Assembly: GCA_963674945.2 (NCBI GenBank)
Contig: CAXXWQ010000004.1
Location: forward strand, 3,072,001 to 3,136,000
Length of the DNA: 64,000 nucleotides
Direction: 5' to 3'
Source of the DNA: an uncultured Desulfosarcina sp.
Lineage (GTDB): Bacteria > Desulfobacterota > Desulfobacteria > Desulfobacterales > Desulfosarcinaceae
Shown one piece after another: positions 56,242 through 64,000 of this stretch (position 1 is the first letter of the stretch; each line of letters starts with the position of its first letter). The translations under genes and the position numbers were made by a program. The notes below the pieces were generated by a model. The model did no database searches. It had not been told where the DNA came from and saw nothing but the letters and a program-made list of their open reading frames with translations.

Positions 56242-57390
56242 TCAGCATCCGATGTAACGGGAAATGACGATGCGCTGCACCTCCGAGGTTCCCTCTCCGA
56301 TGTCCAGCAGCTTCTGGTCCCGGTAGAAGCGTTCCACATCATACTCCTTCATCAGGCCGTAGCCCCCATGGATCTGAACGGCATGATTGGCAACCCTTCC
56401 CATGAGTTCCGAGCAGTAGAGTTTGGCCATGGCGGCTTCCTTCTCAAACGGGCGCTTTTGGTCGCGGAGCCAGCACGCCTTGTAGAGAAGATTGCGCCCG
56501 CATTCGATCTCCACGGCACTGTCCGCCAGTTTGAATGCGACGGCCTGGAATTTGGAAATGGGCTGGCCGAATTGTTCTCGATGCTGGGCGTATTTCAAGG
56601 CCGTATCGTAGGCCCCCTGGGCACCGCCGAGGCCCATTGCGGCAATGGAAAGTCTTCCACCATCCAACGTTTTGAGCATCTGGTGAAATCCGTCTCCTTG
56701 TTCTCCCAATATATTTTCTGCAGGCACGCGTACGTCGTCGAAGTAGAGTTCCGCCGTGTTGGAGCCGCGCCACATCATCTTCTTTTTCATGGGGACGGCC
56801 GTGAATCCAGGCGTGCCGCGCTCCACAATGAAACAGGTGTATTCGGGTTTGCCGTTTGGACGGGTCCCGGTCACGGCCTGGACCGTCACCCCAAGGGTCA
56901 TGTCGCAGGCCGCATTGGTAATGAATATCTTGGAACCGTTGATCACCCATTGGCTGCCATCTTTGACCGCCGTTGTTTTCGAGCCGCCGGCATCGGAACC
57001 GGCTGTGGGTTCGGTGAGCCCGAAACCCCACAATGCCTCTCCATTGCAAAGCGGGGGCAGGTACTTCTGTTTTTGTGCTTCGTTACCGAAATAGTAGAGG
57101 GGGCCGATGCCCAGAGAGTTGCCAGCGGCAATGGTGGCCGCCTGGGATCCGTCCACCCGTGCGATTTCCTCCACGGCGATAATATAGGAGAGGTAGTCCA
57201 TTGCCTGGCCGTCGTAGGCCTCCGAAACAAACATGCCAAAGAGGCCGATCTCACCCATCTTTCGTGTGAGTTCGGACGAAAACGCCTCCCGTTCGTCGAG
57301 ATCCAAGGCCACCGGTGCAATTTCGCTCTTGGCGAACTTGCGGACTTCCTTGCGGATCATCTCCTGCTCCCTGGTCAAGTCAAAATCCAC
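56242..57390 (-). CDS. Acyl-CoA dehydrogenase
   Basis: LTEP.AGSDA, NGSKIFITN, REQFG.PI, QIHGGYG, IGEGTSEVQR. Confidence 0.93.
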   Translation of the reverse strand: MDFDLTREQEMIRKEVRKFAKSEIAPVALDLDEREAFSSELTRKMGEIGLFGMFVSEAYDGQAMDYLSYIIAVEEIARVDGSQAATIAAGNSLGIGPLYYFGNEAQKQKYLPPLCNGEALWGFGLTEPTAGSDAGGSKTTAVKDGSQWVINGSKIFITNAACDMTLGVTVQAVTGTRPNGKPEYTCFIVERGTPGFTAVPMKKKMMWRGSNTAELYFDDVRVPAENILGEQGDGFHQMLKTLDGGRLSIAAMGLGGAQGAYDTALKYAQHREQFGQPISKFQAVAFKLADSAVEIECGRNLLYKACWLRDQKRPFEKEAAMAKLYCSELMGRVANHAVQIHGGYGLMKEYDVERFYRDQKLLDIGEGTSEVQRIVISRYIGC

Positions 57391-57442
57391 GACGACCTCC
57401 TTTCAGTGGCATGGAAGAAGCGCTATGTGAACGAAAGAACCC

Positions 57443-58912
57443 TTATTTTTCCGGCTCCTGCCAACCGGGCAGGGAATAGGCGGATAAAATCCTTCCGGTT
57501 CGGGTTTCCAGTTCCACCCATGCCTGGCGCAATGCCACCAGTGACAAGGCCAGATTGCTCTGGGCGGTAATCAAATCCCGTTGGGCCTCGTTCAGACGAA
57601 CCAACGAAACCTGGCCGGCATTGTACTCCTTTTCCACGAGGTCCCGCGTTCGGGCCACGAGTTCCGAGTTTTCCCGTTGAAGGGCCACCTGGGACTGCGC
57701 CGTGGAGACCAACTCTGCGGCCTTACGGATTTCAGATGCAGCAGAGACGCTGAGTTCTTCCAGCCGTTTCTCCAGTTCCATCTGACGATGCCGGGCTTCG
57801 GTCACCCTGGCCTTGGTCAATCCACCGGAAAAGATGTTGTATGAAAGCCCCAGCGAAATGGTGTTGCCGAAGTCATCCCCCTCGAATCCCAGATCTTCCG
57901 CCCGTTCACCGTCGATGCTTCCGGCCAGAACAATCGAAGGGTAATAGTCGGAGCGGGCAATTTCTTCCTGGGCTTCACTCTGCTTGATCGTCCAACGAAG
58001 CTGCTGGATATCCGGCCGTGCTTCCATCGCGCTGACAAGCAATTCATCCACGGGCGGGGTCGTGAGCTCCCTTTCGGTCTCGCGGGAAAGCCGCGCCAAT
58101 CCCACATGAGCGGGTAGTCTGGAATCGGATCGTCCCAACAATGCGGCCAGTCCATAAAGAGCGGTCTGATACTCGTACTCCTGGTTGATGCGATTGGTCT
58201 TGGCCTGGTTCATTCTTACCTGAAAATTGAGCACACTGGAAAGAGCGCCCGTCCCCACACGGTTTCGTGCTTTTGCATCGACAAGCTGTTTCTGGTTAAA
58301 ATCTTCGTCGGCCTTGGCAATGGCAATGTTCTCCGAGGCCAACTGAGCCGAATAGTAGGCGAAGCTGACGGCGGAAATCAGCAACCGTCGCGCATCGTTC
58401 AGGGCGGCCTTGCTGGAATTTTCACCATATCGGGCCAAGGCGTTGGTAAATTTCCGTTCGAATCCGTCGAATACGGTCCAGGATGCGATCAGGCTGGCCT
58501 TGAAGTAGTTCTCGGGATTATCGACAGCGGATACGGATGGGTCAAATAATTGGGCCAATCGGGCGAGGCCCAGATTCTGTTGATAGTCGTTTTCGGACAA
58601 ATCGACCCTGGCCCCCGATGCATTGATGTCCAATCGCGGCCAATAGGTGGATTTTGCCTGTTCCACCTGGGCTTTTGCCTGTTGAACCCGGGTAGCTGAT
58701 GCCTGGAGACCGGGATTTCCGGCCAGGGCCACGTAGACGGCGGTCCTGAGATCCAAAATTTGGATTTTATCCCAATCCACAACCTGTGCATGGTTGGGTT
58801 GGGTTTCCATCGTCATTTCACCGTCTGCCGGTTTTTCCGCCGATTGTCCCACGGGAACAATCACCAACCCGAAGAAAAAAAGTATTACGATCCAGTTGAA
58901 ACAATTTTTCAT
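57443..58912 (-). CDS. TolC family outer membrane efflux protein
   Basis: Signal peptide, two OEP repeats (ALAGNP.L, RPDI, YYPSI.L). Start MKNCF. Confidence 0.88.
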   Translation of the reverse strand: MKNCFNWIVILFFFGLVIVPVGQSAEKPADGEMTMETQPNHAQVVDWDKIQILDLRTAVYVALAGNPGLQASATRVQQAKAQVEQAKSTYWPRLDINASGARVDLSENDYQQNLGLARLAQLFDPSVSAVDNPENYFKASLIASWTVFDGFERKFTNALARYGENSSKAALNDARRLLISAVSFAYYSAQLASENIAIAKADEDFNQKQLVDAKARNRVGTGALSSVLNFQVRMNQAKTNRINQEYEYQTALYGLAALLGRSDSRLPAHVGLARLSRETERELTTPPVDELLVSAMEARPDIQQLRWTIKQSEAQEEIARSDYYPSIVLAGSIDGERAEDLGFEGDDFGNTISLGLSYNIFSGGLTKARVTEARHRQMELEKRLEELSVSAASEIRKAAELVSTAQSQVALQRENSELVARTRDLVEKEYNAGQVSLVRLNEAQRDLITAQSNLALSLVALRQAWVELETRTGRILSAYSLPGWQEPEK

Positions 58913-58940
58913 TTTTTTTCGCCTTCTGCAGTAAAGAAAA

Positions 58941-61900
58941 TCAATTACAAACATCTACCGATTGCGTCCTACTATATGAATCGCGATCGTCCATCAATAG
59001 ATCCTTGTGGCGATCCCGAGCCGGTTCCACTTCTATGCGTTTAGGCCATCGGCCATGCCGAAAACGATGCACCAACAGACGAAAATCATTTGCGATCACC
59101 AGCAAGCTGGGGATAAGCACCAGTGTTAAAACGGTGGCAAAGGCCAAGCCGGCGGCGACGGAGAGTGCCATGGGAATCAATACCCTGGCCTGCAGATCCG
59201 TTTCCATGATCAAGGGTGCCAAACCGCCGATAGTGCTCAGGCTGGTGAGAAAGATGGCCCGGAATCGCCGTGCACCACCCTTTAAAATGGCGTCGAAAAA
59301 GGGCATCTCACAGGCAAGATTCTCATTGACCCTTTCGATGAGAACGATGGCATCGTTGACCACTACACCGGTAAGGGCCACCATACCGAAAATGCTCATC
59401 ATACACAAGTCATGCCCAAAAAGCAGGTGGCCAAGCACGGCACCGATGATGCCGAAGGGAACGGTAAACATGATTACCAACGGCTGCAGATAGGATCGAA
59501 ACATTGTAGCGATGATGATGAATATGCCCAATATCGCAAGGGGAAAACCGTAGAACAGCGTACTGAAGGATTCGCGTACCTTTTTCTTTTCCCCCTGAAG
59601 GTCAACAAAGATCCCGGGGTGGCGTTTCTTTAGCAGGGGAAAGTAGTTTGCCGACAATTCGGCAAAAATCTCGTTGGCGTTGGCCTTGTTGGAATCCACA
59701 TCGGCGCTGACTGCCACTCGTCGCATGCCGTCGGTCCGGGTGATGGTTGCGTATCCGGAAGAAAAGGAGACGTCCGCCACCGATAACAAGGGGACCTCAA
59801 AGCCGCTGGAAGTGCGGATTCTTACCCGTTCCAGATCGGATAACCGACGCCGTTCATCCGCCGTATATCGTACCTTTACCCGGATGTCATCCCGCCCCCG
59901 CTGCAGGCGAAGCGCCTCCACACCATAGTATCCCGCGTAAATCTGTCGGGCCATATCCTCCACGGTGAGGCCCAGTGTTCGGGCTTCGGGTTTGAGGCGA
60001 AGGCGCATTTCGTTTTTCCCCGGTGAAAAATCAGACCGGATCTGGTAGACACCCTCGAATTTTCGCAGCCGCTCCATCAGTTCGTCTGTCGCGGCCAAGA
60101 TTTCTTCCATATCATGGCCTTGGAGCCACACTTCGATGGGATCGCCGGGAGGACCGGCCGCCATGGCGGTGAAGGTCAGGCTTTTGACGCCGGGCAGGAT
60201 ACCCACTTCCTTTTCCCATCCGACCATGAGTTCTTCCAATGGAACGCCACGATCCTCGCTATCGAGGAGAAAGGCCTGGACCGCGCCGAAGTTGGGACCC
60301 GTTTGAGGACTTGAACCCATGGTCTGTCCCACCAGGCTCAACCGCTTTTCTATCAGGGGGTCTCCGGATCGTGTCGGGGTTGTCTCCCCCAGCCGAAGCA
60401 AGGCCGCTTCGATCTGCCCAATGGCCTGTCGGGTTGTTTCCGGCGGCGTACCACTGGGAAACTCGACGGTACTGGTCATGACGAATCCATCCAACTTCGG
60501 GAAGACCTGGAATTTGATGATTCCGCTTTGTACCAGCCCGGCGGTGAGCATGAGGATGGCGATGGCAATGGTGAGAGAGACGTACCGCCAGTCAAGCGCC
60601 TTGCTGAGAAGTGGCAGATAGATGTGGATTACGAAGTGCTCCATCCATCGGGCGGTGGCCTTTTGCACTCCTAAAAGGCGCCGGAACAAACCACTGGAAG
60701 GGGCCTTTTCCTTATTCGGGTCGGGCAGGTGGCTCAGATGGGCGGGGAGCAAAAAGAGGCATTCGATCAGTGACACCATGAGACAGGCAATCACCACGGC
60801 TGGCAGGATGGCGATGAATTTACCCATGATACCGCCCACATAAAACAGGGGAATGAAAGCGACGACGGAAGTGAGAACGGCGGCAACGACCGGCATGCCC
60901 ACTTCCGAAACGCCGTCGACGGCGGCCTTGAGTGCGGGCTTGCCCTGTGAACGGTGAACGTAGATCGCCTCTCCCACCACGATGGCATCGTCCACCACGA
61001 TGCCCAATACCATGATCAGTCCGAAAAGGCTGATCAGGTTGATGGTGCCGCCAAGGGCCCACAGGATGACCAATGCGCCTGCGATGGAAACGGGAATGCC
61101 CAGACCGGCCCAAAAGGAGAGCCTGGCATTGAGAAAACACCAAAGCAGAAAAAAGACGATGAAAAGCCCGATGATACCGTTTTTCAACAGCAGGTCAATT
61201 CGTGACCGGAGCATGAACGTTCTGTCGAAAAGCACCTTCATGTTGGCACCTTCCGGGATCATGGCCTGTTTTTCCCTGGCGTATTGTTGGATCGTCTTGG
61301 AGATCGCCAGGGCGTCCTCTTCGGGTGTCTTGAATACGACGACAAGAACCGCAGGCTCTCCGTTGACGGTAGCGGCGATGGGGTCTTCGGTGAAACCATC
61401 GTCGATATGGGCCAGGCGATCCAAGGTGATCACCTCGCCCTCGGGCCGGGCGAGCACCACGATGTCGGCCAATTCCGCCCCGGTGTACTTCCGGCCCATG
61501 GTACGTACCCGTATCTCCTCTTCCCGTGTTCGGATGGTGCCACCGGCCAGATTGAGGCTGCTGCGACGCACGGCGGCGGCCACCTGGGAAAAGGTGAGTC
61601 CGTATTCGCGCAGGCGTTCTTCGGAGACCTCGATGGCGATTTCGTATTCCCGCGCACCGAAGATGGCCACCTGACTGATGTTGGGAAGTCGTTGAACCTC
61701 GTCTTTGACCTGTTCGGACCACTCCTTGATCCGTCGTTCGGACATGTCACCGGAAAGGTAGAGCAATATCACCAGGTCTTTGGCGATCAATTCACTGATA
61801 ACCGGTTTTTCCGCATCCACCGGAAAGGTGGAGATGGCATTGACCTTGGTGCGAACCCGGTCGAGCACCTCCTCCACATCGTAATCCTCCCGGACTTCGA

Positions 61901-62180
61901 TATTGGCTGTCCCGATGCCTTCGGCCGACTGGGTGGTGTACTGCTTGATGCCTTCCAACCCCTCGATGGCCTCTTCGATCTTGCGGCTGATGCCCTCTTC
62001 CACCTCTTCGGGGTCGGCCCCGGGGTAGGCAACCGTGATGTTAATCATATCAAGGGAGATTTCGGGGAACGTCTCCCGCACCAGGTTCGCCGCTGCGAGG
62101 AAGCCGGCGATGAAAATCAACACTAGGACGATATTGGCAAAAACCGTGTTGCGGGCAAATGCGGCGATGATCCCTTTCAT
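58941..62180 (-). CDS. RND efflux transporter permease (AcrB/AcrD/AcrF family)
   Basis: 1079 aa, YPGA.PEEVE, GIVVDDAIVV, GVVVNDAIV, RFRAIFLTS. Confidence 0.93.
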   Translation of the reverse strand: MKGIIAAFARNTVFANIVLVLIFIAGFLAAANLVRETFPEISLDMINITVAYPGADPEEVEEGISRKIEEAIEGLEGIKQYTTQSAEGIGTANIEVREDYDVEEVLDRVRTKVNAISTFPVDAEKPVISELIAKDLVILLYLSGDMSERRIKEWSEQVKDEVQRLPNISQVAIFGAREYEIAIEVSEERLREYGLTFSQVAAAVRRSSLNLAGGTIRTREEEIRVRTMGRKYTGAELADIVVLARPEGEVITLDRLAHIDDGFTEDPIAATVNGEPAVLVVVFKTPEEDALAISKTIQQYAREKQAMIPEGANMKVLFDRTFMLRSRIDLLLKNGIIGLFIVFFLLWCFLNARLSFWAGLGIPVSIAGALVILWALGGTINLISLFGLIMVLGIVVDDAIVVGEAIYVHRSQGKPALKAAVDGVSEVGMPVVAAVLTSVVAFIPLFYVGGIMGKFIAILPAVVIACLMVSLIECLFLLPAHLSHLPDPNKEKAPSSGLFRRLLGVQKATARWMEHFVIHIYLPLLSKALDWRYVSLTIAIAILMLTAGLVQSGIIKFQVFPKLDGFVMTSTVEFPSGTPPETTRQAIGQIEAALLRLGETTPTRSGDPLIEKRLSLVGQTMGSSPQTGPNFGAVQAFLLDSEDRGVPLEELMVGWEKEVGILPGVKSLTFTAMAAGPPGDPIEVWLQGHDMEEILAATDELMERLRKFEGVYQIRSDFSPGKNEMRLRLKPEARTLGLTVEDMARQIYAGYYGVEALRLQRGRDDIRVKVRYTADERRRLSDLERVRIRTSSGFEVPLLSVADVSFSSGYATITRTDGMRRVAVSADVDSNKANANEIFAELSANYFPLLKKRHPGIFVDLQGEKKKVRESFSTLFYGFPLAILGIFIIIATMFRSYLQPLVIMFTVPFGIIGAVLGHLLFGHDLCMMSIFGMVALTGVVVNDAIVLIERVNENLACEMPFFDAILKGGARRFRAIFLTSLSTIGGLAPLIMETDLQARVLIPMALSVAAGLAFATVLTLVLIPSLLVIANDFRLLVHRFRHGRWPKRIEVEPARDRHKDLLMDDRDSYSRTQSVDVCN

Positions 62181-63535
62181 GATCGCTTCTCCACATCCGA
62201 CTCGTCATCCACGACTTCGAGAAGGGTATTTTCCAGAGGATCCACAAGCCGGGTGAGAACGACCGTATCTCCCGGGGAAAGGCCGCTTGAAACGTATGCG
62301 TACTCGTCTTCGATTCGCACCACTTCGACGTCCACGGTCTTCAATCGACGATCGGCGTCCACCAGATGGGCTTTGTTCGTGAAACTCACGGCCTGACGGG
62401 GCAGACGATGGACTCCTTTGAGTGTGCGGCCCGGAATTTCCACCATGCAAAACATACTCTCCACCAGCGGCAGGGATGCGCCTTGTCCCTTTGTTGCGTC
62501 TTCTGCGGTGACCCGTATCGCCACCTTGAGGGTCCGCGTTCGCTCATCAAACGCCACCACGCGGTTCAAGGTTCCAGTCCATGCCGTTCCCGCCTTATCC
62601 TCGGTCCATCGGATAGTGCATTTCACGGGTGTAAGGTGGGGAAACCAGGCAATTGACAGGTCTCGGGCGGGTAAGGATTTGAATTGGAGCCATTGTCGGG
62701 CATCCCGGCTGTCCAGGGGAACTTGGATCTCCAGCAGGCTATCGTCGGCTAGGGTCAACAGGGGCTGGCCGGGGGAGACATATTGCTCATTTTCCACAGA
62801 TACTGATTTGATACGGGCATCGAAAGGCGCGGTTACCGTGCAGCGAGACAGGTTGGCTTGGGCCACCGAAAGACGGGCCTGGGCCGAAAGCAGGTTGCTC
62901 TCGGCCTCTTTTATCCGATGGGGGTAGAGGCTTACCGCCTGTTTCATCTGATCGGCCTGGTCCGAGACACTATTGTATGTCCTTTCCGCCTGATCGACTC
63001 CGGATTGGGTTCCCACGCGACTTTTTTCGAACAGGCGTTTTACCCTATCGAATTCAATGCGTGCCAGTTCAGCGCTTCGGATCAGCGTCTTCATGCGCTG
63101 TGTGTCGATCTCCCATTGCTTTTTCAACCTGGCCACAGTGCTCTGCCACTGGGCCACCATTGCCCTGGCCTCCTGTTGCCCTGCCTCATAATTGGCCGGA
63201 TCAATGGAGAAAAGCACCTCACCAGCAGAAATGATGCGCCCCACCTTTAATTTCGGGTGGGTATGGACTACTTTGCCGGAAACCTCGGGAGAGATGGTCA
63301 CCTCCGTTACCGGCCGTGCCTCCCCATATCCGGTGATGGTCACTTCGTAGTTACCGGGTTGGGTCACGATAGCTTTCACCTTCAGGGCCTTCTCTTCTGG
63401 CTTTGCCTCGGTGGGAGGCGTCTTCAGGCTCGCCAATCCCTTCATCCCCACCCAGCCAATCAGAAGAATGACGGTACAAACAGCAATGCGAATCAGGATG
63501 TGCTTTTTTGCATCACGTTTTTCGTGTTCTTCCAT
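62177..63535 (-). CDS. RND efflux periplasmic adaptor (membrane fusion protein)
   Basis: N-terminal TM helix, PEVSGKV, coiled coil, APFD, GL.PGD.VV. Confidence 0.9.
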   Translation of the reverse strand: MEEHEKRDAKKHILIRIAVCTVILLIGWVGMKGLASLKTPPTEAKPEEKALKVKAIVTQPGNYEVTITGYGEARPVTEVTISPEVSGKVVHTHPKLKVGRIISAGEVLFSIDPANYEAGQQEARAMVAQWQSTVARLKKQWEIDTQRMKTLIRSAELARIEFDRVKRLFEKSRVGTQSGVDQAERTYNSVSDQADQMKQAVSLYPHRIKEAESNLLSAQARLSVAQANLSRCTVTAPFDARIKSVSVENEQYVSPGQPLLTLADDSLLEIQVPLDSRDARQWLQFKSLPARDLSIAWFPHLTPVKCTIRWTEDKAGTAWTGTLNRVVAFDERTRTLKVAIRVTAEDATKGQGASLPLVESMFCMVEIPGRTLKGVHRLPRQAVSFTNKAHLVDADRRLKTVDVEVVRIEDEYAYVSSGLSPGDTVVLTRLVDPLENTLLEVVDDESDVEKRS

Positions 63536-63570
63536 CTTACCCGCCTCTTCTTTGGCAACGATCGTGAAAG

Positions 63571-64000
63571 TTAATTGTCGTTCAGCACCTTGCTGATTTC
63601 CCGGAGCACCTCACACCACTTTTTCGTGGTTTCCGGTCCGATTGCCTTCACCAGTTCCATAAAAGATGCCAGGACCTTTTCTTGAACGCGTGCAATATCT
63701 TTTCGGGCTTCCGGTGAGACCTGGATGACTACTTTTCGTCGATCCTGTCGGCAGGGTGTCCGGGTCAAGAGCCCCCGTTCCACCAGGCGATCCACCATTG
63801 CCGAGACAGATGGCGGGGACACGCCCAAGTGTGCCGCCAGTTCACTCACCGATACAGCCTCACGGGCATTGATTATCACGATCATGTTTATCTGCGGTGC
63901 CGACAGGTCGCCCAGCCTTCCCTCGGCCATACGGATGTACTCGCCGGTGGTCACACGTTGTATACGATCATGGATCATTCGGCCCGTTGTAGAGATATAG
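63571..64000 (-). CDS. MarR family transcriptional regulator (5' end probably outside the window)
   Basis: SVSELA..LGVS.PSVS.MVDRLV..GL..R.....DRR. Frame open to the window edge. Confidence 0.85.
   Translation of the reverse strand, partial: YISTTGRMIHDRIQRVTTGEYIRMAEGRLGDLSAPQINMIVIINAREAVSVSELAAHLGVSPPSVSAMVDRLVERGLLTRTPCRQDRRKVVIQVSPEARKDIARVQEKVLASFMELVKAIGPETTKKWCEVLREISKVLNDN

Overview
Chromosomal window from an anaerobic deltaproteobacterium. QmoC, pilMNOPQ, several sigma54 systems and a Fur-FeoA fusion suggest a Desulfobacterales-like sulfate reducer (inference). Left half (1 to about 31,350) is an accessory catabolic region. It encodes a glycyl radical enzyme of unknown reaction (atypical GCVN Cys loop, no activase in the window) followed on the same strand by a KstD-like flavoenzyme, a TPR/DUF4037/DUF4125 module, two near-identical small proteins and an acyl-CoA ligase. 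It also encodes an orphan QmoC, a lactonase, an AMACR-like CoA-transferase, an SCP2-type thiolase with OB-fold partner, a 4-hydroxybutyryl-CoA dehydratase-like enzyme, an NTF2-fold protein, an amidohydrolase and several SDRs. By eye I find seven sigma54 (-24/-12) promoters and a recurring GGTGC-N6-GCACC palindrome upstream of these operons, probably the regulon of the local sigma54 activator. The most novel candidate is missing from the ORF track: an 82-codon ORF (26922-27170) with CxxC...C-UGA-GG...CxxC and a SECIS-like hairpin, i.e. a candidate selenoprotein. It heads a sigma54 operon with an ICMT/PEMT-type methyltransferase and an isoprenoid-synthase-fold protein. Right half is mostly core-type genes: prkA-yeaH-spoVR-prkA2, recN, fur-feoA, a PfkB kinase, a sigma54 two-component system, pilMNOPQ plus an Ig-like lipoprotein, an acyl-CoA dehydrogenase and an RND efflux operon. 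Two MITE-like elements were seen. No rRNA, tRNA, CRISPR array or transposase was recognised. All family calls come from motif recognition by eye, not database searches.
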